From contig OZ240241.1 in assembly GCA_965198115.1 (NCBI GenBank), positions 3,936,001 through 4,000,000 of the forward strand: a stretch of 64,000 bases of DNA, given 5' to 3'. Both the position numbers and the translations under genes were made by a program. The DNA is from Candidatus Latescibacterota bacterium. Lineage in GTDB: Bacteria > Latescibacterota > UBA2968. Below the pieces are notes generated by a model. The model searched no databases. It was given only the letters and a program-made list of their open reading frames with translations, and was not told the DNA's origin. Each line of letters opens with the position of its first letter. The first letter of the stretch is position 1. This document shows, piece after piece, positions 19,915-30,423 of this stretch.

Positions 19915-21288
19915 GAGCTATAATCAAAAGGTGTGGAAAAAGAGAAAGGGCGACCCTACCCTTCCCGTGAGATAGTTGATTCACACAAAACCGGGTGAGA
20001 GGCCCGGTTGGGAAGGAGGATCGCCGTGAAGGAACATACGCATAGAGCCCCATTGAAGTCCATGCCGACGTGGGAGACGGTTGACGATTGGATCCGTGAA
20101 GAGATCCAGGGCCGGTTCCAGTCCATTCTGGAGGAGGAGGCGACCGCGTTCTTGGGCCGGTCGTGGTATGAGCGCCGAGCCGAGGTCGATAGCTCCACGG
20201 GCTACAGGAACGGCTACGGCAAGCCCCGGCGTCTCTCGACGAGCTGCGGAACGATCAAGGTCCGGCGTCCCCGGGTTCGTGGTCTGGAAGAGCGGTTTGA
20301 AAGCCGCATCCTCCCCCTGTTCGCCCGGAGAACCAGGGCCATTGGAGATCTGCTTCCCGACCTTTATCTCCACGGTCTCTCCCAGGGCGACTTCGAGTTG
20401 TCTTTGCGTGCGCTGCTCGGTGATGGCGCGCCGCTTTCGCCGACCTCGATCGCTCGTCTTCGAGGGAAGTGGGAGGTCGACTTCCAGGACTGGAAAGAAA
20501 GGCGTCTGGATAATCGCGAACTGGTCTACGCCTGGGCTGATGGCATCTACGTCAAAGCCGGGCTCGAGCGCGAGAAGGCGTGTCTGCTGGTCGTGATCGG
20601 CGCGATGAGCGACGGCAGCAAGGAGATCCTGGCGATAGAACCCGGTTATCGAGAGTCTACAGAATCCTGGCTCACGGTGCTCCGGGATCTCCGGGATCGC
20701 GGGCTCGAACATCCTGTCCTGATCGCCGCGGACGGGAATATGGGCATCTGGGCGGCCGTTGATCAGGTCTGGCCAGAGAGCCGGCAACAACGGTGCTGGA
20801 ACCACAAGATCCTCAACGTGCTCGACAAGGTCGCCAAGCGTGCACAGGCTGAAGCCCGCGCACTGCTCGTCCAGATCCCCTATGCCGGCACGAAAAAGGA
20901 GGCCGAGAAGCTCCGGAAACGCTTTGCCGCACGGTATCGCTCACAGTTCCCTGCCGCCGTGGAGACGCTCGAAAGAGACTGGGATCGGATGGTCACGTTC
21001 TACGACTTCCCGAAGGAACACTGGAAACACCTGAGAACCACGAACGTCGTCGAGAGCCCCTTTGCTTCCGTTCGGCTTCGCACAAACGCCGCCAGGCGAT
21101 TCAAGAAAGTCAGGAACGCCACGGCTCTCATCTGGCGTACGCTCAAGGTCGCAGAGAGCCGATTCAGGAAACTCACCGCGCCACACTTGCTACAACAAGT
21201 CTACGATCAGAAACACTCAACCGAACCGCAGGTCGAAGCCGGGAAGATGGCCGCCTGATTTCTTTTACACACCTATTGACCTGAGCTC
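19915..21288 (+). mobile_element. IS256-A copy 2 (transposase 20008-21258)
   Basis: Near-identical to copy 1; 8-bp TSD AAGGGAGG; inserted upstream of tnpA inside the IS200. Confidence 0.95.
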
Positions 21289-21517
21289 AAGGGAGGCTCT
21301 TACATATTTCTGGAACTGTCAAACTCTGGGAGTCTCCCCGGCAGAGCCGGGGGCTTACCAAGGTTTAGTTATTTGCGTATGGAGGGTGGGCATTCTACAA
21401 GTTAGGTCTAAGGCAACACTGAGCTGAACAGTAATGACTCACTACGACTTTATAAGGATAAGCAGCAACCGGCTTTCGGGCTATCGCTATATTGGGCCCG
21501 TATTGTAAGCAAGGCGG

Positions 21518-21935
21518 GAGCCTGGCAACTATGGTAGGATCCTCAAGAGAACCCTTGTCACACCGGTACGCTTCCTGGCCGGGCCCCACTTTTCGGTCAC
21601 GCTGGTTCTACGAGAGAGACCGACCCAAGATGGATCTCCCCGGCCAGAGACGACCGGTGGAGGCTTTCGACACACAACCGGGATGACATTCGTCTTAGCG
21701 GAGGGTAACGGATGTCCCCGTGCGGAAGCACGGGGACGAGCGCGGGTCGATGTCAACGGAAGAAGCCAGGCCGAGCCTGGCAACTATCGTTTCCGTGTCT
21801 TCCGTGTATGGGCTTATCCGAAGCCGTGCCCTCACTGTACCAAGAGGTGGTCCCCATTTCAGGTCTCCCTTTCGTGTATCGTGGTTTTCGTGGTTCTGTG
21901 GTTTTGCCTTTCCTTCCGTGTGTTCCGTGGTCCCC
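21518..21935. repeat. Mosaic of REP-like palindromes and nonamer repeats
   Basis: GAGCCTGGCAACTAT twice (21518, 21773); TGTCACACCGG...GGGCCCCA / TGGAT...CGGGATGACA inverted pair; GTCCCCGTGC-GGAA-GCACGGGGAC; TTCCGTGT/TTCGTGG nonamers. Confidence 0.7.
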
Positions 21936-21966
21936 AGGTTTTGTTCGCGTCTTTTAGGAGCGCCAA

Positions 21967-23268
21967 ATGGCCCCCTGGAAAATCGACGTTACCCTCCTCA
22001 ACCTGACCGGCTACTCCAGCAACGGCGCCGAGGTCTGGCTCCTCGACGATGATCGGCTCGTCGTTCGCGTCAACTCCGAATCCGAATCCGGCCTCTGTGA
22101 CGACTTCTTCGTCGAAGACCATCGCACGACGCTCCTCACATCCGTCGACGGCGGCATCACCTGGGAGAACAACGATGGCCCCCTGCCCATACGCGGAGCC
22201 GACGCGCCCGACGGCTCACGCGTCTACATCGGCAACGAGGGGCTGTCCAGCGACGAATTGCGCGATCACCTGGAGCGTGAAGGACTCGGCCATCTCTACA
22301 AACCAGAAGGCCGTATGGCCTATCGCCTCTACAAAGCAGAGAAACGCGCCGACCTCGAAGCGCAGGGTCACATGGTCAGTGACGCGTTCGAAGGCATCGT
22401 CGCCGTCTATCCCCCACTGGCCACGTGTCGATCCACCGACGGTGGCGAGACGTGGACGCGCGAACCGATCCCAAACGCCCCGCGTGGCGACGCCCCCTTG
22501 GGGGCGCACATGGTCGGCTTCTTCGGCCGCACCCTTCGCCTCGACGACGGAACGATCATGGGCTCCCTTTACGGTCGCCTGAACCGCACCGACACCACAA
22601 CACGCGTGTGGGTCGCTCGCACCACCGACGGCGGTCACAACTGGACCTTCACGCCCGTATTTTTCGACCCCGAAGACAAGATCGGCTACAACGAAACCCA
22701 CCTCCTGCGTCTCCGGTCGGGTCGCATCCTCGCCCTCGCGCGCCCGTTGTTCCCCGCCGATCAGAACATGTGGCAGAGCGTCTCCGACGACGACGGCCTC
22801 ACCTGGAGCGAGCCAGCGCAGGTCCCGTTCTGGGGTTTCCCCGGCTATCCCATCCAGCTCACGAATGGCGACATCCTCGTCACCTACGCCCATCGCCGTC
22901 ACCCGGTCGGCGTGCGCGCCTGCCTCAGCCACGACGACGGTGACACCTGGGATGTCAAAAACGAGAAAATCATCCGCGACGACTCGCTACCCAAAGGCGT
23001 CGGCTATCCCCAATCCGTCCAGCTTGCCGACGGGAGCATCCTCAGCGTCTACGCCATGAGCAAGATCGACGCTCTCAAACCGGAAGACGAAATCGGCTAC
23101 GCCAAGAAACTCGTCCTCCACCCCTGGTTTCACACCGTCGCTTGCGCCAGCAAATACAGTCCCGACTATGTCAGAACTCGAGGCCAGGCAGCGACCCCAC
23201 CCGAGGGCGTTCACCCGAGACGCACGGGCCACGGGACGGACCGGATCACCGACAGTCCCCAACGGTAA
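21967..23268 (+). CDS. BNR/Asp-box repeat sialidase-like protein
   Basis: Five Asp-boxes: SVDGGITW, STDGGETW, TTDGGHNW, SDDDGLTW, SHDDGDTW. Confidence 0.85.
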   Translation: MAPWKIDVTLLNLTGYSSNGAEVWLLDDDRLVVRVNSESESGLCDDFFVEDHRTTLLTSVDGGITWENNDGPLPIRGADAPDGSRVYIGNEGLSSDELRDHLEREGLGHLYKPEGRMAYRLYKAEKRADLEAQGHMVSDAFEGIVAVYPPLATCRSTDGGETWTREPIPNAPRGDAPLGAHMVGFFGRTLRLDDGTIMGSLYGRLNRTDTTTRVWVARTTDGGHNWTFTPVFFDPEDKIGYNETHLLRLRSGRILALARPLFPADQNMWQSVSDDDGLTWSEPAQVPFWGFPGYPIQLTNGDILVTYAHRRHPVGVRACLSHDDGDTWDVKNEKIIRDDSLPKGVGYPQSVQLADGSILSVYAMSKIDALKPEDEIGYAKKLVLHPWFHTVACASKYSPDYVRTRGQAATPPEGVHPRRTGHGTDRITDSPQR

Positions 23269-23389
23269 CGTTACCCCGGGGATCACTGGCCAGCGCAGGA
23301 TCCATCGATTGACTCCGCTCTGTTGGCCGGACTACCTTACGTGCCGATCATACAAACCTCACCCCTGTAATCCAGAACTGGAGGATCTG

Positions 23390-24025
23390 ATGGCCGATAC
23401 GTGGATGTTGCGCGGCGTTGAATACGCAAACTGCAATTGCGCGTACGGTTGCCCCTGTCAATTCACCTCACCCACCACGAACGGATCCTGTGAAGCCGTC
23501 GTGTCCGGGTTAATCGAGGAAGGTCATTTCAACGACACCTCATTAGATGGGCTGAAGTGGGCGATGCTCGTCAAATGGCCCGGCGAAATCGCCGACGGCA
23601 ACGGAACACAGATGGCCATCATCGATGAGTCCGCCGAAGAAGATCAGCGCGCGGCGCTCGGGACGATCCTCTACGGTGGGTCTACGGCCCCTGGAGCGAC
23701 ACATTTCTTCGTCTACAACAGCACGATGAGTGAAACACGCGATCCCGTCTATGCGCCCATCGAGCTGGACATCGACGTGGATGAACGGCAAGCCACCCTT
23801 CGCATCTCCGGTATCGTGGAGTCCGTCGGCACCCCCATCATCAGCCCCTTCACGGGTGAACCGGCGCAAGCCCGCATCAACCTGACCAACGGGTTCGAGT
23901 ATACCTTCGCCGAGATGGGTTCGGGCAAAACGACGTGCGAGGTGCCCGGCCTCGAATTGGAGTTCGACGGGACCTATGGTCAGTTCAACATCCTGCACAT
24001 GAACCAGGACGGCGTCATCCGCTGA
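23390..24025 (+). CDS. DUF1326 family protein
   Basis: NCNCAYGCPC and PTTNGSC motifs; RBS GGAGG; lies directly upstream of DUF2182. Confidence 0.88.
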   Translation: MADTWMLRGVEYANCNCAYGCPCQFTSPTTNGSCEAVVSGLIEEGHFNDTSLDGLKWAMLVKWPGEIADGNGTQMAIIDESAEEDQRAALGTILYGGSTAPGATHFFVYNSTMSETRDPVYAPIELDIDVDERQATLRISGIVESVGTPIISPFTGEPAQARINLTNGFEYTFAEMGSGKTTCEVPGLELEFDGTYGQFNILHMNQDGVIR

Positions 24026-24036
24026 GCGGCCGGCCG

Positions 24037-24653
24037 ATGGCTCAGCCCGAACCGGCGGTCTCCGCTCGCTCCCTTTGCGGGACCGCGTGACCATCCTGTC
24101 CATCCTGGGGACCCTCACGCTCTTATCGTGGGTCTACCTAGTCGATATGGCTTTTAGGATGGACGAAATGATGATGATGCAGATGCCGGTGTGGACGACA
24201 TCCTACTTCGTCGCCATGCTGCTGATGTGGATCATCATGATGATCGGGATGATGGTCCCCTCGGCCATCCCCATGGTCCTGATCTTTGCGGCCGTCGCGC
24301 GAAAAGCCGCCGATCAGGGCACCCACGTCTCGACATATTCATTCGTCGTCGGCTACATCGTCATCTGGAGTCTCTTCAGCGTCGTCGCAACACTCGCTCA
24401 GTGGCGTCTGGATGAAGCCGCTCTCCTCTCCCCGATGATGGTCGCGAACAGCCCTGTATTCGGCGCCGGACTCCTGACCGCCGCCGGGCTCTACCAGCTC
24501 ACCCCCATGAAAGACGCCTGCCTGAAGCACTGTCGTTCCCCAGCCCACTTCATCTCCAACAGCTGGAAGCCCGGCACCTTCGGCGCCTTTCGGATGGGAC
24601 TCCACCACGGCGCCTTCTGCCTCGGGTGCTGCTGGGGCCAGAGATTCCCGTGA
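24037..24653 (+). pseudogene. DUF2182 metal-binding membrane protein, 5' frameshift and 3' truncation
   Basis: MWIIMMIGMMVPS, YQLTPMKDACLKHCRSP and GAFCLGCCW, then an abrupt end. Confidence 0.8.
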
Positions 24654-25540
24654 CGATCGTGCACGAGCGCCAGAGGTGTTACGGCTTACGATAGATTCCC
24701 TCCCAAGTTACGCTATTCGCGTTCTCACGCACCAAGAACTGACGACCGGAGATAAGGGGGATGAACTCTCTGGGCGTTCCGATGTAGACCGCGCCCGCCC
24801 TTTTCATTTTCCCACACGCGCGAGAAATAGGCTCTCGAACCGCGAAAATAGCGCGTTTCGACCGATTAGGCTCAAGACGTGGCCAGGCCAGGTCCCAGCG
24901 GGCATAGGGGGGTGGAAAACCTGTGGCCGTCCGACCGGAGACCGGTTGAGACCCGTTTCTTTTGCTAATCCGTCCTAATTTCAGTCCCGGACTGGCGCAT
25001 CGCGGCCGTTGTCGACGAAAGGGGGTTTTTCAGGTGTCGTAAACACTTAAACCAGTGCAAAAACAAGAGCTTGCGTCTGTCGACAAGGCGGCTTTGAAGG
25101 TGCTTCCCGAAAATGGCGAAGCGGGGTAGAAAATCGGCCGTTTCCCTGGCGGTGTTGCCGATGGCGGACCCGTCGGAGGTCGAGAGCGTTTCGCGTCCCG
25201 ATCCCCCGGAATGTGCCAAACGCGTTCGCGTAAAGAAAGGGACATCAGGCGTAGGTCCGACAACCGCTTTTGGCCGTTGCGCCTTGTAAGTACTCCTATG
25301 GCACTATGTCGTATGGCCGCCAGATCTTAGGTGACCCTCAACTCATTAGGGAACGGTCTCCACTGTTAACCGTATTGAAACGATTCTGCCTATTCTGCGA
25401 ATAGCTTAAGCCGGGCGGAGAATTATCGCAAGGCGTCACACCAGAGGGACCTGTCCAGATGGAATCGGTCGTGGTGCCTGGAGGAAAGCGCGAAGCAATC
25501 GCGTCCATCGATCAGGCGCAGACATCGCAGTGAACTAATA

Positions 25541-25570
25541 AGCCCCCGCAAGTAGTGTCTCGCGGGGGCT
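25541..25570. terminator. Intrinsic terminator-like hairpin
   Basis: AGCCCCCGC...GCGGGGGCT flanked by AATA/ATT, downstream of the PhyH gene. Confidence 0.65.
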
Positions 25571-25618
25571 ATTGATTGTTCCGGTCAACAGCAAACGGAT
25601 CACGGTCAACGATGTCCT

Positions 25619-26641
25619 CTACGCAAGCGCCTCTCTGGCGCGCGTCGCCTCCGGTGTATCTGGAATCCTCTTGATCATTCGTCTCAGATGATGCTGTGCC
25701 CCAGGATCGCCGCCGCGCGCGAGTTCGAGCGCCTCCTCGAAACCCTGCAACCCCCATCGATCGATCCGCTCCATCACCTCGAGGTCGTATTTCTTCCAGT
25801 AGTACTTGAGATCGTCCGTTTCCCAGTTCGCATAAACCTGATCCCAGTCGAACGACGATAGATTACTCATGTGAGGGACCAGGTTCTTCTCGGAGATGGG
25901 GATGTCCATCGCCTGATACCGATTATCGAGCGAGATGCGCATACGATCCTCGGTCACATTGGGCAGTGCTTGATGCACTATCAGGCTGTGGAAAATCAGC
26001 GAGTCGCCGATTTCGAAGTCGGATGAATGCCACTGCCCGTCCAACTCGTCCTCGATGATGGCCAGTGCGCCTGCACCTAGCGAAAAGTGATGGTCGTGCA
26101 CGGCATTAACGTGATGCGAACCGGGAATCACGGCGAGCGGTCCCAACTCGATCGGACAGTCCCCGATCGGTGCCCAGCACGTGTAGGTGTTGTAGCTGCC
26201 CTGGAAATGAACGTAATCCTGATGGATCGGCGTCGTGTGATCGGTGTACTGAGGATACCAGAGCCGCAGGATTTTCTGCGGATGCGGCAGGACTTCCTCG
26301 CCGATCACCTTCTCCATCATCTCCATCACTTCCGGCCAGTGTCCAGACCGATGGAATGATTCCAGACTGTAGACGAGGTGATGGACGTCTGTGTATTCGA
26401 TGTCCCCTTCGGTACACCGCGTCGAGATGTCGGCGATCCCGTCCATGACATCCGTCCCCTGGACGAGCCATCCACCATCCATCATCACGCTCAACACGTC
26501 GCGCCGCAGCGACAGAAGCTTGTCCTTGTCCTGCAGTCCACGGATGAAGAGGTAGCCTTCATCTGTGATGCGCCGGCGAATCTCTTCCGGATCGTCCAGC
26601 GCGTCGTTCGATTCTCTGAAAGGCCGGATGTCGTCTGCCAT
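25619..26641 (-). CDS. Phytanoyl-CoA dioxygenase (PhyH) family protein
   Basis: DEGYLFIRG, TPIHQD, GPLAVIPGSH and HSLIVHQALPN..RISLDNRY motifs. Confidence 0.9.
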   Translation of the reverse strand: MADDIRPFRESNDALDDPEEIRRRITDEGYLFIRGLQDKDKLLSLRRDVLSVMMDGGWLVQGTDVMDGIADISTRCTEGDIEYTDVHHLVYSLESFHRSGHWPEVMEMMEKVIGEEVLPHPQKILRLWYPQYTDHTTPIHQDYVHFQGSYNTYTCWAPIGDCPIELGPLAVIPGSHHVNAVHDHHFSLGAGALAIIEDELDGQWHSSDFEIGDSLIFHSLIVHQALPNVTEDRMRISLDNRYQAMDIPISEKNLVPHMSNLSSFDWDQVYANWETDDLKYYWKKYDLEVMERIDRWGLQGFEEALELARGGDPGAQHHLRRMIKRIPDTPEATRAREALA

Positions 26642-26780
26642 AATCTCGCCCATTTGGTAAACAAACACGAAGTCGCGAAGCCTGCCCATCGAAGCCTTGG
26701 CGCAGGTGGGACACGAAGGGGCTGGATGAAAGATAGCCGTTCAAGCGATAGCGGCAAGCTGCGACCCGGGGGCAACGTAC

Positions 26781-26871
26781 TGTCATCCCGGCAGGCTTCA
26801 GGCCGGGATCCACTTTCACCGTCCGGGAAAGTTCAGAATGGACCCCGGCCAAGAACCGTACCGGGGTGACA
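26781..26871. repeat. REPIN-like inverted doublet (TGTCATCCCGG...GGATCCA / TGGACCCCGG...GGGTGACA)
   Basis: Two related palindromes in inverted orientation; relatives at 21556, 29031 and 54775. Confidence 0.75.
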
Positions 26872-26983
26872 TCGTCTCCGTGCGCTGAGTTATGTGTTCT
26901 CTTCTGACCCAGCGTTCTATGAAGCAGAGCTCACGGACGGTGCCCTTTCAGGGCACTATGACACGATTTGTGTGTATTCGTGT

Positions 26984-29011
26984 TCATTTGTGGCTGCTTT
27001 GGTTTTGCGATTCCAGCACGATCTCCGCGACGTCCTTCACCTTCATGACATCCCCGGCCCTGGCATTGGCATCGCCCAGCATCCTCGCACAGAAGGGACA
27101 ACCTACCGCGAGGGTTTCGGCGCCGGTTTCGTTGGCCTCTGCGTAGCGCACGTCGCTGACCACTTTAGAACCCTGTTCCTCTTCCTTCCACATCTGAGCG
27201 CCACCACCACCACAGCAGAATGAATTCCGTCTGTTTTGTGGCATTTCACGGACTCGCGTTCCCGACTTTTCGAGCGATAGTCGGGGAGCGTCATACGTCC
27301 CGCTGTGCCGACCGAGGTAGCAGGGGTCGTGGAAGGTAACATTCTCACCGGCACCCGCGTTCGTTTCGAGCAGCCCGCCATCGATCGACTCCTGGATCAG
27401 CTGGGTGTGGTGGATGACCTCGTACTCTCCCCCCAGGTCCGGATACTCGCTGCCCAGTGTGTGTGCACAATGCGGGCAGCCCGTGACGATCCGCTTTTTG
27501 TCGACGTCAGCCGTGTTCAGGGTCTTGATGTTCTGCTTCGCCATCTCGTAAAAGAGATGTTCGTTCCCCGAGCGGCGTGCCACGTCACCCGTGCACGACT
27601 CCTCGTTGCCCAAAACAGCGAAACTGATTCCGGCCCGATGCATCAGCGTCGCGATGGCTCGAGCAACGCGCTGCGCAGTCGGGTCGAATGCCCCCGCGCA
27701 ACCGACCCAATAGAGCAAATCGTAGTCAGGGTTCTGCTCAACCGTGGGCACGTCGAAATCCAGCGGTTTCGTCCACGCCAGACGGTCTTCCGTCATCTGC
27801 CATGGATTCCCATTCCGTTCCATCCCGGTGTAGGCGCCTCTGAGCTCATCGGGAAACTTCCCGTTCATCAGAACCTGATCGCGTCGAACATCCAGAATGT
27901 CGAACATCGGTTCGTTCCCGACTGGACACGCTTCTGCGCACGCTCCGCAACTCAAACACGCCCACGTCGCGGACTCGCTAATTGCGTAGTCCATCAGCGT
28001 TCCGCCGTCCTCATCGCCTGAAGCGAGTCCCTTCAGATTCTGCTTCAGGTACGCGCGTTTGTTGACCTCCAGCGCCGAGGGCGACAGTTCTTTCCTCGTC
28101 ACATAAGCGGGACAGACATCCTGGCATCGGTTGCACGCGATGCACGCGAACCCGTCCAAGATCTGCGTGCGCGATAGATCCGTCAGACGAGCGACGCCGA
28201 ACTGCTCGAGCGTTTCATCCTCGAAATCGACGGCCTCGAGGGCGCCGGAGGATCTGCGATCGGGACGCGTCATCCAGTTGAGCGGCCCCATGAACAGATG
28301 GGCGTGCTTCGAATACGGAAAGTAGGGAAGGAAGGCGAGGATCAGGCCCAACGCGAGCCACCAGCACACGTGCCGTGCGACATCGAGTTGAGACGCGTGC
28401 AGACCGGCCCACAGATGAGCCACGGCGCCCGCGACCGGCTGCCAGGGATCCGCCCCCTCCTGTGCGATGGCGACGGTGGCACCGAGGAATCGGAATCCGA
28501 CGTGGCCCAGAATGAACAGACCGACGATCAATGAATCCCGCGAGATTCCCGTCAGTGCGTCAGGGTAAAGCTTGATGTTATCGTGGTAGTCGAGGGAATC
28601 AGACCGTGCAACGAATCGTCTGGCCAGGAGGAAGGTCACGCCAACCAGCGCCGCCACCGTCAGAACGTCGCTCAACAGCCGGAACAGATCCCATCCCAGG
28701 GATGGGGCGCGCTCGTGAGAAACGACGAAGAAGCCTTCGGCGAGATCCACCAGGTTCACGAGCAGGTAGAACAGGAATCCCCACGCAACGAAGGCGTGGA
28801 GAATCGACACAAGGGGACGGCGACGGACCATCCAACCCTGAGTGACAAGTGCGCCGAGACCCTCGATCATGCGCCGTGGCAACGCAGCCCAATGCAGTAT
28901 GCCCTGTCCACGATTGATCACGCGGATCATTCGTCTGAACGTGATGAATGTCCACGACAGGGAGATGAGTGTTGCTACGACGAAGAGGGTTTTTTCAATG
29001 GGTGTCAGCAT
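26984..29011 (-). CDS. fadF: Membrane Fe-S oxidoreductase (FadF/HdrD-like, CCG domains)
   Basis: N-terminal TMs; CIACNRCQDVCP and CLSCGACAEACP; CTGD, GCPHC, HDPCYLGR and CCGGGG. Confidence 0.88.
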   Translation of the reverse strand: MLTPIEKTLFVVATLISLSWTFITFRRMIRVINRGQGILHWAALPRRMIEGLGALVTQGWMVRRRPLVSILHAFVAWGFLFYLLVNLVDLAEGFFVVSHERAPSLGWDLFRLLSDVLTVAALVGVTFLLARRFVARSDSLDYHDNIKLYPDALTGISRDSLIVGLFILGHVGFRFLGATVAIAQEGADPWQPVAGAVAHLWAGLHASQLDVARHVCWWLALGLILAFLPYFPYSKHAHLFMGPLNWMTRPDRRSSGALEAVDFEDETLEQFGVARLTDLSRTQILDGFACIACNRCQDVCPAYVTRKELSPSALEVNKRAYLKQNLKGLASGDEDGGTLMDYAISESATWACLSCGACAEACPVGNEPMFDILDVRRDQVLMNGKFPDELRGAYTGMERNGNPWQMTEDRLAWTKPLDFDVPTVEQNPDYDLLYWVGCAGAFDPTAQRVARAIATLMHRAGISFAVLGNEESCTGDVARRSGNEHLFYEMAKQNIKTLNTADVDKKRIVTGCPHCAHTLGSEYPDLGGEYEVIHHTQLIQESIDGGLLETNAGAGENVTFHDPCYLGRHSGTYDAPRLSLEKSGTRVREMPQNRRNSFCCGGGGAQMWKEEEQGSKVVSDVRYAEANETGAETLAVGCPFCARMLGDANARAGDVMKVKDVAEIVLESQNQSSHK

Positions 29012-29224
29012 TTGAAATGAATCTTAGGCAAATGGACCCCCTTCGACAGGCTCAGGACAGGCGGCCAAAAAGCATACCGGGGTGACAGTGTGTTTCGTGG
29101 ATGCAACAGGCTCAGTTCGCAGCCTCCCTCGACGTAGCTCGGGACAGGGTCCGGCTGCTCCCACCGAAGACGTGATACACCAAGGAAATGCCACGCCCGC
29201 TCACCCGCTCGCCATGTCTCACGT

Positions 29225-30220
29225 TCATCTGTCTAGCGTACCCAAGCGCTTCTTGAACTCCTCGGTCAGCGCCGGCACGTATTTGAACAGATCCCCCACG
29301 ATGCCGTAGTGTGCGTGGTTGAAGATCGGGGCTTCCGGGTCCTGGTTGATCGCGACGATCACCTTCGACGTCTTCATGCCCGCCAGATGCTGAATCGCCC
29401 CCGAGATACCGCAGGCGATGTAGAGATCGGGCTGCACGGTTTTCCCCGTCTGTCCCACCTGATGGGCATAGGGAATCCATCCCGCATCCACCGCCGCTCG
29501 ACTCGCGCCCATCGCTCCGTGGACGGCATCGGCCAGCGCCTGGATCGGTCCGAAGCCATCGGGCCCGCCAACGCCCCGCCCTCCGGAAACGACGATCTTC
29601 GTGTCCGTCAAACTGACTTTACCGGATGCGAACTCATAGGAATCGATCACCGAGGGGATGTCGTCTTCAGACAACACGGAATCAACCTTCTCGATGACCC
29701 CGCTCCTCCCTGTATCCCGTTCTCCGACTGGGAAGACACGTCTGCGCACGGTGATCACGTTCGGTCGCTTCTCAGCAAACCGGACGGTCGCCAGGAGATT
29801 CCCGATCAGGGCGGGACGTGTAGCCACGAGCACGCCATCCTCGACCGCGAGCGCGATACAGTCTGACGCCAATCCCGAACCCAGCTTCGCAGCCACGAAG
29901 GCAGCCAGCTCCTGTCCCGCCTGGCTGGCGCCCATCACGATCGCATCGGGCGTCTCGGCCTCTGCCACGCTCGTCACCACAGCCGCGTAAGGCTCGACCC
30001 TGAAGCCCGAAAGCGTCGGGTCATCGACCACAATCGCCCGATCGGCCCCGTGTTGGATGGCCTCGTTCGCCAGGTCGTCGACCCCATCACCAAGCACGAG
30101 TGCGACGACCTCGCCTCCGGTTTCTCTAACCACGGATCGGGCAGCGCTCAGCGCCTCCCACGCGATGGGATCAGTCGTTTCGTTGTTTTGATCGATCCAG
30201 ACGAGAATGGAATTCGGCAT
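29225..30220 (-). CDS. etfA: Electron transfer flavoprotein alpha subunit
   Basis: VVSGGRG, GASRAAVDAGW, QVGQTGKTV and GISGAIQHLAGM motifs. Confidence 0.95.
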   Translation of the reverse strand: MPNSILVWIDQNNETTDPIAWEALSAARSVVRETGGEVVALVLGDGVDDLANEAIQHGADRAIVVDDPTLSGFRVEPYAAVVTSVAEAETPDAIVMGASQAGQELAAFVAAKLGSGLASDCIALAVEDGVLVATRPALIGNLLATVRFAEKRPNVITVRRRVFPVGERDTGRSGVIEKVDSVLSEDDIPSVIDSYEFASGKVSLTDTKIVVSGGRGVGGPDGFGPIQALADAVHGAMGASRAAVDAGWIPYAHQVGQTGKTVQPDLYIACGISGAIQHLAGMKTSKVIVAINQDPEAPIFNHAHYGIVGDLFKYVPALTEEFKKRLGTLDR

Positions 30221-30423
30221 GGGTATTATGTATATCGGCCGTGGCCGCCGAGGGTATCGCGGACCGATGGCCCGCTTGACGGTGACCTGCCCGTTGCACC
30301 CAGCCCGTTGGGCTGGGCTAGGATATCACGGGCCGTTGGCCCGTGGACCATCCAACGCCTTTGAGGGACTTTCTTTCGGAACTCGGATATCGCTACTCGG
30401 CACTCGGATATCGGTTTACTGCC

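Larger units (their letters stand above)
16402..21358 (-). mobile_element. IS200/IS605-family (tnpA-only) element, carrying three nested IS insertions
   Basis: Subterminal hairpins CCTCCGGC-AAA-GCCGGAGG (16409-16427) and CCCCGGC-AGA-GCCGGGG (21336-21352); tnpA split into 19866-19516 and 16560-16488. Confidence 0.88.

Noticed and set aside
25380-25540. Riboswitch
   Set aside because: Stems can be drawn, but I recognise no known aptamer consensus and no gene lies downstream on that strand.
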